A DNA stretch of 64,000 nt. Origin: Octopus vulgaris. Lineage: Eukaryota. Below, one piece after another: positions 35,020-48,128 of this stretch. Below the pieces are notes generated by a model. The model had not been told where the DNA came from. It saw nothing but the letters and a program-made list of their open reading frames with translations, and did not search any database. The position numbers were made by a program, and so were the translations under genes. The DNA is taken from contig OX597823.1 of the NCBI GenBank assembly GCA_951406725.2, positions 52,824,001 through 52,888,000 of the forward strand. The letters are read 5' to 3'. Numbering within the stretch: position 1 is the stretch's first letter; each line of letters opens with the position of its first letter.

Positions 35020-38000
35020 GAAGTGTAAAAGAAAAAGAATGAAATGAGAAAAAGATGTAAACAAACTAGTAATAGAATGCTGACTGAGAAGTGAGCCAAA
35101 TAAAAGAGGCTTCATAAATCAAAAGAAGAGAATATGGGATGAAAAAGGAGGTTTTGAAACATCCGCCCAGCGACTCATAGACCAAGCAAGGACAATCTGT
35201 AGAAACGACAGGATTACGGAATAGAGATTGAAGAAATTCAGAGAAACATAAAAAAAAAGAGAGCAGAAGGAGAGTGAAACAGCAGTAGCAGAAAGCGGTA
35301 ATGAAGGGGTAAGAGATGAAGAACATGAAACATGGAAATCGCAGGGTACCAGAGAATACTGATAAAGTAACTAATGAGAACGATCTAGATCGACAAGTGA
35401 CAGTAAGTACTGCACAAGACTTGAATGATGAAGAGGAGATTTTAGAAATGTTGTGAGGTAAAATGTTTGATGGGAACAATGAAGTACCACCAAATGTAAG
35501 GTATATATGAACAGGAAAAATTGAGGAGAGCCACAGGCAAAGTAAATGACGTTTTATACTTGATTAAAACTGAAAACACCAGTGCAACAAACTAGCTAAT
35601 CATAGCTGCTGCTAATGTCCTAGATAACATAAGCTACAAACGAAAAACTGAAGATATAAAAGCAAATGAAAGGAAAGAACCAAACTGGAGTATGAGAATA
35701 CGAATGAAGCTGGAAAAGATACGGAAAGAACTGAGACAATTGAATAAGATAATGAGAGGAGATCTCAAGAATTAGTAATCAGAAAATTGAATGGATAGTG
35801 CAAGTTAGAAGAGAGGAGAAAGCAAACAAACAAACAGTACATGAAGAACTGACACAAAAGGTGACCGCATTAAAGGCCAAACTGAAGAGCTATAATGCTA
35901 GTTGCAACGGTTTCGAGCAGAACAGACTCAGAATAGACTGTTCCAATCAAAAAGAAGGCGTTTTTTTTTTGGGGGGGGGTGTTTTTTTTTTAAGAAATAG
36001 AGGGAAGCCAAGACCAGGAACTGATTCCAGATGCGGAAGAAAGTAAAGAATTTTGGAGAAGGCTGGAGAAGGTCGGTGAGACATAAAGAAAACGCGGAGT
36101 GGCTAACAAAGACGAGAAGACAACTTACAACTGTACCAAGATAAAAGGGCGTCAAAATTAATTAATATACAGAGACAGAAGTTTTTAAAAAAATAGCAAA
36201 TTGGAAAGGACTAGGCCCGGATGGAATAGAAGGCCATTGGCTGAAGAACTTTACACAGTTGTATGAAAGGATTACTGCACAATTGGATGACTGCCTGCAG
36301 CAAGGTCACGTTCCTGCCTGGATGACAAGGGGACGAACGCTGCTATGCCTCAAGCATCCCTTGAAAGGGAACTTAGCATCAAATTTTCGACCTGTTTACC
36401 ACTTATAAGGAAGCTTATGACCGGTGTATTGGTGGAAGAGTTTATACAACCATCTGGAAAGTAACAATCTACTTCCAGAAGAACAGAAAGGATGCAGGAA
36501 ACAAAGTAAGGTAACAAAAGATTATTTATTAGTTGATAGAATAATCATTAGAAATTGGAGACGAAGATTGACGGGGATGAATGTAGCATGGTGAGATTAC
36601 AAAAAAGCATATGATATGGTACTACACAGTCGGATAAGTAAAACAATGAGCATGTTTGGAATAGCAAAAAGCATTGAGAAAATTCTTAATGAAAGTATGA
36701 AACATTGGAATACTGAATTAATCGGATCGGAGGAAAGCAAAAACTCGGGAAAGTGAACATCAGACGTGGAATATTCCAAGGTGATAGCTTATCTCCATTA
36801 CTATTCGTATTGGCCATAACACCGCTCACTGTGATACTGCGAAACTTTAAAATTGCCTACGATTTGAGAAAAGGAAATGGTCAGATAGATCATTTCCTTT
36901 CCATGGATGATATAAAGGTTTATGCGAAAAATGAGAAACAGCTTGAAAATTTTGTACATACTATCTGCATTTTCTCAAATGACATATGTATGGAATTTGA
37001 GATATAAAAGTGCGCTATATTGAAAATGAAACGAGGAAGATTTGGAAGAAGCCGAGGAATTGAAATGCCAAATGGGCAAACAGTGAGAACGGTTGAGAAA
37101 GGACAGTGGTATTAGTACTTGAGAATACTGGAAGCTGACGAACTAAAAAATGAAGAAATGAAACAAATTACCAGTAAGGAGTACAGAAGGAGAGTAAGAA
37201 AATTATTACAGTCAGAGCTGAATTCCAAAAGTCTTATTGAAGCAATAAATTCCAGAGTAATACTCTTAATCAGATATCGAATTGAAATTACAGACTGTAC
37301 CAAAAACGATATAAAGAAACTTAACAGAAAAACTAGAAAGATGTTGACAATGTATGGTGTCTACCATCCGAAAGCTGATATCAACTGGCTGTACTCGAGG
37401 AGAGACTTGGATAGAAGAGGCTTAATAGCAGTAGAAGACTATGTAAAGATAGAAAGTAAACATCTAATAGAGTATTTACGGAGCAGCGCAGAAAAACGAC
37501 TAAAGACAGTGAATAAAGAACAGGTGATGAAGCGCGTAATAGGAGAAAAGGACAAGAATGAAATACAAAGAGAGCACGTCAGACAGATTGAAGAGAAACC
37601 TCTGCATGGCCACTTTTGGAAAGCCATTGAAGACGTATGTGAGACAAAATCCTGGGCTTGGTTAAAAAAAGAGTAATTAAAAAAAAAGAAACCAAGAGCT
37701 TAATTGTAGCAGTCTAAGATCAAGCGATAAAAACTAACAACTTGAGAAAAAATATATGTAGAAATAATGTGTCAGAAAAATGTAGAGCCTGTGGAATTTT
37801 GGAACGAGACAGTGGCATACATTGTGGAAGAATGCTCCAAGTTGGCACAGGAAGAATATAAGAAATGAATGACCGACCAGGTTGTAAAAGTTTTATACTG
37901 GAAACTGTGCCAGAAATGGGGATTTGAAGGTGGAATCATATGGGACAATCATCGTGACAAAAGAGAACCGAAGTTGGAGAAATGCAAGATTTTGTAAGAC

Positions 38001-38452
38001 TTTCCAGTTCCAACGGACAATAAGTTAGACAATAAGAGACCAGACATAACAATTATAGATAAGGAAAAGCGAAGTTGCTTACTTATAGACCCATCATGCC
38101 CGTTTGACGCTAGGATCGTAAAGAAAGAGGAAGAAAAACAAAACAAATACAATCCTTTAACATTTGAAATAGGAGGAATTTGGTACATGAAAACAGTGAA
38201 GGTCGTACCTATAATAATTGGTGCGTTGAGAACAGTAAGCAAAAATATAGACAGATGGTTGAAGGAGATTGGAATAGATTGCCCGGTAGAGCTCCTAGGG
38301 ACAGCATGGGTTATCAGGAGGGTTCTAAGCATTTGAAAGACTGCTGAAAACTTGTGGATACCAAAAGTTACAGGTTGTAACCCGTTACCCACATAAATCC
38401 TACAAGGAATGAGACCGAGCCTGAGTGAAACCAAAATAATAATAATAATAAT
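35020..38452 (+). mobile_element. Near full-length decayed R4/Dong-clade non-LTR retrotransposon (RT, CCHC and RLE pseudogene)
   Basis: N-terminal VIEC*LRSEPNKRG...QRLIDQARTI (35070-35200). RT motifs NWKGLGPDG, PEEQKGCR, DYKKAYD, RGIFQGDSLSPLLF and MDDIK. Zinc knuckle CRACG...ETVAYIVEEC (37781-37840); RLE RPDITIIDK...LLIDPSCP...EK (38037-38150). Stop at 38334-38336 and a (TAA)n tail. Multiple stops and frameshifts. Confidence 0.95.
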
Positions 38453-38666
38453 CCTCTTAACTATAGGCACAAAGCCCGAAATTTTGGGGGAGGGAACCAA
38501 TCGATTACATCGACCCCAGTACTCAACCTGTTCTTATTTTATCGACCCCGAAAGGATGAAAGGTAAATCGACTCCGATGGAATTTGAACTCAAGACGTAA
38601 AGACGGACGAAATGCCGCTGAGCATTTCGCCCGGCGCAGTAACGATTCCGTCAGCCCCGCCACCTT
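38451..38666 (-). mobile_element. SINE family M, tail-to-tail with the Dong element
   Basis: ggcacaaagcccgaaattttgggg...gaaaggatgaaagg...cccgccacctt. Confidence 0.88.
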
Positions 38667-38813
38667 CGTCAATGTGAGTCTAGTTTGAAATCAATATCAA
38701 TAATAAAGGGAAATGGGTTCAGCGAATATCTGATATTTTGCATACGATTATTCGTGATTATAGTGCAATTGACAAGACTGATGAAAATTTATTGAAAACA
38801 AAACTTTATAAGT

Positions 38814-39136
38814 TGGCACTCGGTCGGTTACAACAAGGGCTCCAGTTGATACGATCAACGGAACGGCCTGCTCGTGAAATTAACATGCAAGTGGTTGAGC
38901 ACTCCACAGACACGCTTATCCTTCGCTTAGTTCTCAGGAAGATTCAGCAGTACTGAGAATGTGACAAGGCTGATCCTTTGAAATACAGGTACTACTCATT
39001 TTTGCCAGCTGAGTGAAAAGGAGCAACATGAAATAAAATATCTTGCTCGAGGACACAACACACCATCGGGAGTTGAACTCATGACCTGAAGACCGTAAGC
39101 CGACTTTAAGACCTAACCATTAAACCACGCGCCTTC
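38814..39136 (-). mobile_element. tRNA/CORE SINE family C
   Basis: Reverse complement of the 56722-57038 copy. Confidence 0.88.
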
Positions 39137-39335
39137 ACACCCTTACAGATCATTTTGGCTTTAACCGTAAAAATGCAGAAGAATATTTTACAGATCGATA
39201 TATTTGTAAATATGATAATTCCTACATAGAGATATTTCAGTTCAGATCTATTTAATGAATAAAACGCCGAGACTTCTATTTTTCCATAAGTAATTTCGGG
39301 TCATGTAGTTATTTCCCATATGTACATACATACGT

Positions 39336-39368
39336 ATGTATAAATATATGTATGTATGCATGTATGTA

Positions 39369-39460
<92 letters not shown>

Positions 39461-39483
39461 TATATATATATATATGTGTTGTG

Positions 39484-39522
<39 letters not shown>

Positions 39523-39704
39523 ATATATATATGTATATATATATATATATATATGTATATACATGCATATATGTATATATATATATATATATATAGATAG
39601 ATAGATAGATATATATATGTATATGATAGATAGATATATATATGTATATGATATATAGATATATATATGTATATATATATAGATATATGTATATGTATAT
39701 ATAT
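39336..39704. repeat. Compound (AT)/(GT)/(GATA) microsatellite
   Basis: Direct reading. Confidence 0.95.
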
Positions 39705-40312
39705 GAAACAACCCTGTTGGAAACGAGTTTACTTTTTCTTGATAAACCGAGATTATTGTCTCTGATAAATGTTATAAAAATACTACAAAGACTCTAATCA
39801 GTGAAAAATTACAAGGTTCTACCAAAATGGTTCAGAATCAATAATAAAAATGTGATAATGTGTCATCAGATTGCTGACAAAAATAAAAATGCCAATGTAA
39901 TGAGATTAAGGAGAGGAAAAACGGAGATTCATAATGTATATTATAAACTTACTTTTAATATACGACATAGGCTAACGACTGTAATAGGCCAGACAATGGA
40001 AAACAGAAAAACAAGAAAAAAAAGTGTCGAAAACGAGAAAGAGAAAACTGATAAGTTTGGAAAACATATCCGTGATGGCCTTTTCTGTTTTTGTTTTTTT
40101 TTCTTTTTTATTGGCTTTAGGTATGAAATTGTTTCCCAGATCAATCAAAAATCAAACAGTAACATTAGTAATTGCAATAATGAAAGACATCCCACTTAAA
40201 ATTCCTAAGTTTATTGAAGGGTAGTTTCAGCAAAACTACCTGTTCTATAATTTTACTGAGTGGTTATAAGTTGGATTTTGGTGCTTTTGCGTTGAAAGCT
40301 ATGAGGAATAAG

Positions 40313-40349
<37 letters not shown>

Positions 40350-40659
40350 AGGTATGATTACATTAGAATACTTATGTTTAAGTAAATTGTTTATGGCCGC
40401 AATTAGCTTTGTTTATAGCTAATACATAATTTATTTTACTAACACAGCAATTTCTATCGCATGGCATATGCTGATTGTCATTATACTGCGTGAAATATAA
40501 TAATATAATAAAAAGTAACTTATTCTAAGTTATTTTCTCTGGTTTCAAGTGTTGTTTTATTTACTGACTTGATATTCAAACAAAAACTACAGTAAACAAG
40601 TAGGTACAAGCTTTTGTCTATCGAACAAGGCTCATAAAATCTAGAATCATTGTATGCGT

Positions 40660-40720
<61 letters not shown>

Positions 40721-41068
40721 CATACATATATATATGTGTGTGTGTGTGTATGTATGTATGCGTGTGTATGCACTCACACTTTCATTGTACGATTCTAGAT
40801 TTTATGTGTGTGTGAGTGTGATTGAAATCTAATATACATTTGTTCACAAGCTAAGAATTGAACCGGAAGATGTCAAACAGCATTTCTCAGTTGTTTATGC
40901 TATTCTACATTATTTTGTAAGTCGCCAAACTCTTACCCGTTCTCTTACTTCGTAGTAGAATCACATAGAATCGAAAAAGGGAACCGACTAAATTGTTAAT
41001 TTACGTTGTAGAAACCAAATTCACTATAAATACGTGAAAATAAAACATGTTCTTGACTTTTGAATTAT

Positions 41069-41437
41069 ACTCTTTTACTTGTTTCAGTCAGTTGACAGTG
41101 GCCATGCTGGAGCACCGCCTTTAGTCGAGCAAATCGCCCCCAGAACTTATTCTTTGGATGCCTAGTACTTATTCTATCGGTCTCTTTTGCCGAACCGCTA
41201 AGTTACGGGGACGTAAACACACCAGCATCGATTGTCAAGCGATGTTGGGGGGACAAACACAGACACACAAACATACATGTACACATATATACATATATAC
41301 GACGGGCTTCTTTCAGTTTCCGTCTACCAAATCCACTCACAAGGCTTTGGTTGGCTCGAGGCTATAGTAGAAGACACTTGCCCAAGGTGCTACGCAGTGG
41401 GACTGAACCCGGAACTTACACTACAGCCACTCCTAGG
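41069..41437 (-). mobile_element. SINE family A
   Basis: Reverse complement of the consensus, with a small deletion in the head. Confidence 0.9.
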
Positions 41438-42639
41438 CATTACGGTTCAAACTTGCGGCCCAGGAGTAATCAATTAATCGGCTCCAATATTTCTCTAATA
41501 CTTTATTTTAGCGACCTCAGATGGAAGGAGACCAAGATTGACATCGGTGGAGGCTTAGACGTAATATGATATGGAAAATCGATGGCACTATACTTAACTA
41601 TAGTTTACCAGCCCCATCAGTATTTGAACATTGAATATAGCAGAGTAAAAGTAAATAATGGTTTCAAATTTTGACATCAGGTCAGGAACTTAAAGGGAGT
41701 GGACGAATCGAGTACATCGACCCCCAATATTCAATTGGTGGTTATTTTGCCGAACCTGTAAGGACGAAATGTAAAATTGATTCCGGTGAATTTGAAAGGC
41801 AAAAGTAATATAAGCCATTCCTTATTGGAACTCTGGCAGGTCAGACATTTCCAAAGATATTCCCAGCGTCTTACCATATCCTTTATATGTTTATATTTTG
41901 GTTAGGCATATGGCTAATTTCGGCTGAGGGAGAAAGGAGTGTAAATGATTGACAATATCCTGTATGTGACAGGTGTGCTTAACTTTATTTAGGTAAATAA
42001 ATATGTGTGACTAACAAAACAGACGAGATTAAATTAACCGAAGTAATGCAAAGTAACTCATTTGTATACACGTCGTGCCATGTTAAAAGTCTCGCAAGCA
42101 AAAGTAGGTTCTTCGGAATAGCAAATATAGTTGATTGAATCAACTCCTGTTGATTTCAGAGTTCATCCTGGAAGTATTACAATTTTAAAATTCGAGGAAT
42201 GAAACAACATACATTCATATAAATAATCCGGCGCACTGATGTTTCAGCTATCTACAAACGATATGATATTCCTTTCTTACATAAAGACAATAATGCCTCT
42301 GGTTGGTAATATGTTGTTTAGCTGTAGATCAAAGAGAAACCATGATCAAAACGTTCCAGCCATGACGATTGGTCGTTTCACTCACTCCATTCAACATTAG
42401 TGTATTTTTAATTACATAATCTAATGTGGTCGTGATTTTTGTTAAACGAGTCCTTGCTGTTATTTCTTGCAGGTCGAACGACCACGTAGAGCAGCCCAAT
42501 CAGTTTCAAAGAGACGGTGAAATAAGATTCTGTGTTACCTTTACATTTTCCAAGTGACTGGAATATAAATAAGCTAAAGATATGATTTTTTTTATCTGGA
42601 AACCAGAAATCTGAGAAATATTATTTCTTTCGACTTTAA

Positions 42640-42810
42640 GCAGGATTTTTATAGGAAATAGGCTAGTCGATTACTCAACCGACACTTATTTCATCGACCC
42701 CAATACGATGAAAGTCAAAGTCGACTTCTGAGGAATTTGAATTCAGAACGTAGAAAGCCAGAAGGAATGCTGCTAAGCAATTTTGCCCGTCGCGCTAATG
42801 ATTCTGCCAG
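42640..42810 (-). mobile_element. SINE family M, decayed (another at about 41655-41800)
   Basis: acttatttcatcgacccc...gatgaaagtcaaagtcgac...gaatttgaattcagaacg...gctaatgattctgccag. Confidence 0.72.
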
Positions 42811-43711
42811 AATCTAAAAGATAATACTGGCATTAATTTTCAGTTTCCGTTGTGAAAAAAAATTTCTCGCAGATAGTTTTGTAATAAACGAAATTAGAAC
42901 ATATACTCAAGCACACGCACATTCATACACACACACACACACTCGCGCACATGCAGACGCACACACGCCCAACATACCTCTCCCTTACATATATATGTTG
43001 GTGGATCTCAGTAGCTTGATGAAGAGCAATTTGTTGTTTAATCAACTGAAATCAAATGAATTACCTGCTCCCGAGTTAGAGTGTAAACAGCTAATAATTC
43101 CGGAGACACGTGTACGCTTAACAGTGAAGCATTAGGAGAAATGGGGAAAAAAAGGGTAGTGCAAGTTACAAAAGATGATGCAAGTAATATAAATAATACA
43201 AATATCAGAAAGTGTGATGGAAAAAAGACAAGTCTCAACACTAGTGACTGGAATTAGAAAAGTAACGTGATAAAATAATAAATGTATAGAAAGTGAGATC
43301 AATCGAAAAAAGAAAAAGTGAAATTCTTGTATGATATCAAAGTATGTATGGACAGGAAGGTCTTAGGTAACAAAGAAAGCGTTGGAGGTAGATTTGAATA
43401 GGGGGAAAAAATAGAAATTGAACTATGTGAAGAATAGAAGAATTAATAAAGCTCGTGAGTGAGATACTACATATAATGAAGGAGAGTAACAGAGTGAGAG
43501 CGTAAGAATAAAGTGGAGAGGTGACTCTTGAAACATGCAATAAATAAGCGAAGAATTTGTCATTCATAGGGAAATTTCTTTACCTTGGAACTGCAGAGAA
43601 AAAGGACAAAGGATACGACAGGAGAGGTAGTATTGAATAGGAATCAGAGGGAAGTGCTACAAAATAGCAAGAAATCAAAAAAGAAGAAAATGAAAGAGAC
43701 GCATCACTCTT

Positions 43712-43820
43712 AAAAGAGCGAAAATAAAATGCAGAAAGAAAAATGAAAGAGCGAAAGTAAACTGCAGAAAGAGTGAAAATAATGAAAGAGCGAAAATAAA
43801 CCGCAGAAAGACAAATGAAA
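43712..43820. repeat. Degenerate purine-rich minisatellite, 3 copies of about 33-39 bp
   Basis: aaagagcgaaa.taaa..gcagaaaga repeated three times. Confidence 0.7.
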
Positions 43821-44106
43821 CAAAAGAAGCAACTGGTGTTTCAAAGCTTGAAAAGAAAGAAGATTAAGAATTGCTGAAAGGAGACAGAAATAAAACCTAT
43901 CATTTTTGATGGATGCTAAGCTAGAGTAGAAATAGAGTAGAAATAATGTTATTTTAAAAAGAAGTGATGCTGCATATAAAATACTATCCAAATGAGCTAA
44001 CGAGAGAGTTTCTACGTGGATGTTCATCCCAATACAAATCACATCCATAATTTTCTCGTCACTTTTTACTAACATGAAAAATGGAGGGATATAGTGTATA
44101 ATGGAA

Positions 44107-44482
44107 GCACTCCGTCGGTTACGACGATGAGGGTTCCGGTTGATCCGAATCAACGGAACAGCCTGCTCGTGAAATTAACGTGTAAGTGGCTGAGCACTCC
44201 ACAGACACGTGTACCCTTAACGTAGTTCTCGGGGATATTCAGCGTGACACAGAGAGTGACAAGGCCGGCCCTTTGAAATACAGGTACAACAGAAACAGGA
44301 AGTAAGAGTGAGAGAAAGTTGTGGTGAAAGAGTACAGCAGGGATCACCACCATCCCTGCCGGAGCCTCGTGGAGCTTTAGATGTTTTTCGCTCAATAAAC
44401 ACTCACAACGCCCGGTCTGGGAATCGAAACCGCGATCCTACGACCGCGAGTCCGCTGCCCTAACCACTGGGCCATTGCGCCT
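44107..44482 (-). mobile_element. tRNA(Arg-like) SINE family B with a family C tail
   Basis: Minus strand ggcgcaatggcccagtggttagggcagcggactcgcggtcg...ggtttcgattccc; 3' part (44107-44285) matches family C. Confidence 0.9.
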
Positions 44483-45879
44483 GCGGTGTATAATATAGTC
44501 TTAGATGCACTACAAAATGTTTTGTGTCATAGATCTGCTCACTCGGGGTTTACAAATTACTAATCAACAACTGTGCATTAGCAGTTGATTCGAAATAATG
44601 ACACTAAGAACTGGACAATCCAATGTCTTACGTACCTATGGGCCACGCTACCTCCAACTTCTAAGAAACAGGGAACTTCTTTATATTAGATAGCATTGTT
44701 AATGCGATCGCTTAACTGAAGACAAGGTTTCTGGATTCATATGTGCCACATTTCTGTCATTAGCACCTCTGAGGTGTCTCTGGGCCTGCTTTGTATCGCT
44801 TGATAATACTTGATTTATATACATGTCTTAATTTCATTATCCTGGAGGAAGGAAAAGTTAAGCTGGCATCGGTAGCTGAACGCAGAAAGGTGACGTAACA
44901 AAGCAGAGACAATATTGAAATTTCAATACACCTGTCATCTCAATTACTCTACTATATTATGTAATATGCAAATTACTTAATTAGGGGGATGAGTCTTGCA
45001 TTAGCTGCTACTACTTCTTCCAGCAAGAGAGTCACATGCCAGTTACCAGTAAGAGCTGTAGCCAGACAGGTTCAAGGAACGCTTTAAGTCATTGTAACAG
45101 AGGGGGAAAAAAACATTAGAAAGATTGGCAGCGTTGTTCTGAAGTTGAATAATTTAAAGCTAGTTTGCTCTTAAAGATAAAAGAAGCGTTCAATGGTTTG
45201 CAAAATTTGCCCACTTTAATTTCCATTCGATGGCTACTTAAAGGCTCAATTATTAGTTGTTGCGTAGAATTGATGGATTTGTGTGTGTGTATGTATGTGC
45301 GTGTGTGTGTGCAGTATAACTAATTTCAATAAGAATTTAAACATGTGCTTGTGTGTCACTACATATGTATGGGCGCGTATGAAGACTGGTTCTTCTCAGG
45401 AGTAATTATTGAAATAGGAAATAAACATGATTTGACGAAGATGCAATAATGGCAACAACGACAGCAAAGGCAATACAACTATTTGATCATGACCCCGCTA
45501 GCATCAGCTTCGAACTGCAACAATACTAAATCAACCATAACATTTACTTCCTTCCTTCCTTTCTTTCTTTCTTTCTTTCTTTCTTTCTGAATAAAATAGG
45601 GACTACAGTGAGGCGCAGCTCCCACCTCGATGTCACAAAAATATTATACAAATAGAACGGTGTTTCGTTACCCGGCATTGCTAAACTACTCCACCTCCTT
45701 ATGCAAAATCTATGGAACGTTCACAAAGGTTCACAGCACTGGCACGTACCTGCAATAACATGAAATACAATAGCATCACTACTACTACTACTACTACTAC
45801 TACTACAACCACCACTACCACCATCATCACTACTACTTTCACTGCTGCTACTGCTGCAACTACTACCGCTACCACCAGT

Positions 45880-46338
45880 AATCTTTTTTACTCTAGGCAC
45901 AAGGCTCGAAATTTTGGGGAAGGGCGCCAGTCGATTGGATCGACCCAGTACGCAACTGGTACTTAATTTATCGACCTCGAAAGGATGAAAGGCAAAGTCG
46001 ACCTCGGCGGAATTTGAACTCAGAACGACGCGGCAGGCGAAATACCTATTTCTTTACTACCCACAAGGGGCTAAACACAGAGAGTACAAACGGATTAAGT
46101 CGATTATATCGACCCCAGTGTGTTACTGGTACTTATTTAATCGACCCCGAAAGGATGAAAGGCAAAGTCGATCTCGGCGGAATTTGAACTCAGAACATAA
46201 CGGCAGATAAATACTGCTACGCATTTCGCCCGGCGTGCTAACGCTTTTCAGTAATTCGGCGGAATTTGAACTCAGAACATAACGGCAGATAAATACTGCT
46301 ACGCATTTCGCCCGGCGTGCTAACGCTTCTCAGTAATT
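45880..46338 (-). mobile_element. Family M SINE dimer plus an 82-bp tandem duplication
   Basis: Two bodies; 46175-46256 is duplicated at 46257-46338. Confidence 0.9.
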
Positions 46339-46715
46339 GGGTGTCGTAGAACTAGTTGACACATTCATTGGATGTAACATATTAGATACTAATAGTAAAT
46401 TGTAAAATACAATAACATACATTCTTTATCTAAAGCAGTGCTTCTTTCCAGATATCGTTGGGAATTTCCAGCGTTTGAATTTTATTACACAAGATCTGAG
46501 GCGAGTACTGGACTAAAAGAAGCTTAGGAAACACAGATCTAGAGAGAAAAACTAAACTGTTACAGCCATCACTCGCTATCAGGGATGAGTTGGTAGCAAT
46601 ATGTTCCAAACCTTATATTAGTAGTTTTCAGCTACCCTTGTAGTCACGAGCCGGCGCAGCTAGCAGAATATTTCGGGCCTTGTGTCTAGAGTAGAAAAGA
46701 TTATGTAGGCTATTG

Positions 46716-47300
46716 AAGGCGGCGAGCTGGCAGAAACGTTAGCACGCCGGGCGAAATGCGTAGCCGTATTTCGTCTGTCGTTACGTTGTGAGTTCAAATT
46801 CCGCCGAGGTTGACTTTGCCTTTCATCCTTTCGGGGTCGATAAATTAAGTACCAGTTACGCACTGGGGTCGATGTAATCGACTTAATACCTATGTCTGTC
46901 CTTGATTGTCCCCTCTGTGTTTAGCCCCTTGTGGGTAATAAAGAAATAGGTATTTCGTGTGCCGTTACGTTCTGAGTTCAAATTCCACCGAGGTCGACTT
47001 TGCCTTTCATCCTTTCGGGGTCGATTAAATAAGTACCAGTTACGCACTGGGGTCGATGTAATCGACTTAATCCGTTTGTCTGTCCTTGTTTGTCTCCTCT
47101 GTGTTTAGCCCCTTGTGGATAATAAAGAAATAGGTATTTCGTCTGTCTTTACGTTCTGAGTTCAAATTCCGCCGAGGCCGACTTTGTCTTTAATCCTTTC
47201 GGGGTCGATAAATTTAGTACCAGTTGCGGGCTGGGGTCGATATAATCGCCCCCCCCCCCAAAAAAAAATTGAGCCTTGTGCCTATAGTAGAAAAGAAAAG
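46716..47300 (+). mobile_element. Family M SINE trimer
   Basis: Junctions aaagaaata|ggtatttcgt at 46949 and 47133 (184-bp period); the last unit carries tail2. Confidence 0.92.
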
Positions 47301-47817
47301 AATACCCAGGATGTGACAGTTGGGGAAAGAGAGGAAGGCTACACCAAGGCTGAGCTGGTAACTGGTACCATATTTATAGATTCTGACAGGATGAAAGCTA
47401 GAATTTAACTCAGACAGCATTTTATCAGGTGCTTTAACGACTTAGCCAACCGACCGCATTAATTAGATAACAGTAGTGTTGAAATTTGAAAGTAATTTCA
47501 GCCTGCGAGTTCAGCATACACTTTATAACTAAGATAATATCAAAGTTGAGTGATTTGGATGGTTAAGGCACCGAGTAAAATCAGTACTTTCACTGAGTTT
47601 AACCGTTCCGCTACATGCCGCGTGGGCCTTCAAAATGTTACAGCTTTAAATAAAATTAAGTCCACCATTTGTGTGTATTTCCATGTACATAGTTTCCGTT
47701 GGTATATTTTTAGATTTCCATCAATTACCAGCATTTTATATATATTTCTTTTTCTGTAGTTGAGGTGAATTTAGATAATTCATTTCTAAATTGGAGTTAT
47801 ATTCTCTTGCAATAACG

Positions 47818-48128
47818 ATAAACGTCGCCCTTTTCAAGCCTAGCCAGTCTCAGGGGCCCGGTTTCCCGGTTTCTGTGGCGTATGTGTTCCCCCCAGCTGG
47901 ACGGGACGCCAGTCCATCGCAGCGTTGCGCAAGAAACAGGAAGAAAGAGTGAGAGAAAGTTGGGGCGAAAGAGTACAACAGAGGTCACCACCACCCCCTG
48001 CCGGAGGCTTGTGGATCTTGTAGGTGTTTCCGCTCAATAAACACATACAACGCCCGGTCTGGGAATCGAAACCGCGATCCTCCGACCGCGAGTCCGCTTC
48101 CCTAACCACTGGGCCATTGCGCCTCCAC
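47818..48128 (-). mobile_element. tRNA SINE family B with an alternative 3' part
   Basis: Same head and middle as 44290-44482, then ctgcgatggactggcgtcccgtccag...cagaaaccggg. Confidence 0.88.

Noticed and set aside
36753-37676. RT-like ORFs as a functional or domesticated gene
   Set aside because: They are fragments of a retrotransposon ORF with many stops and frameshifts throughout.
39248-39711. YI/HT/CV-repeat ORFs (also near 20.7, 49.3, 54.1-55.0 and 59.0 kb)
   Set aside because: Translations of di-, tri- and tetranucleotide microsatellites.
44400-44482. tRNA-Arg-like sequence as a real tRNA gene (likewise the other SINE heads)
   Set aside because: No proper acceptor stem, and it continues into a SINE body found in multiple copies.
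46716-47300. CRISPR-like or satellite array
   Set aside because: Units are contiguous SINE bodies with no unique spacers, in a eukaryotic context.
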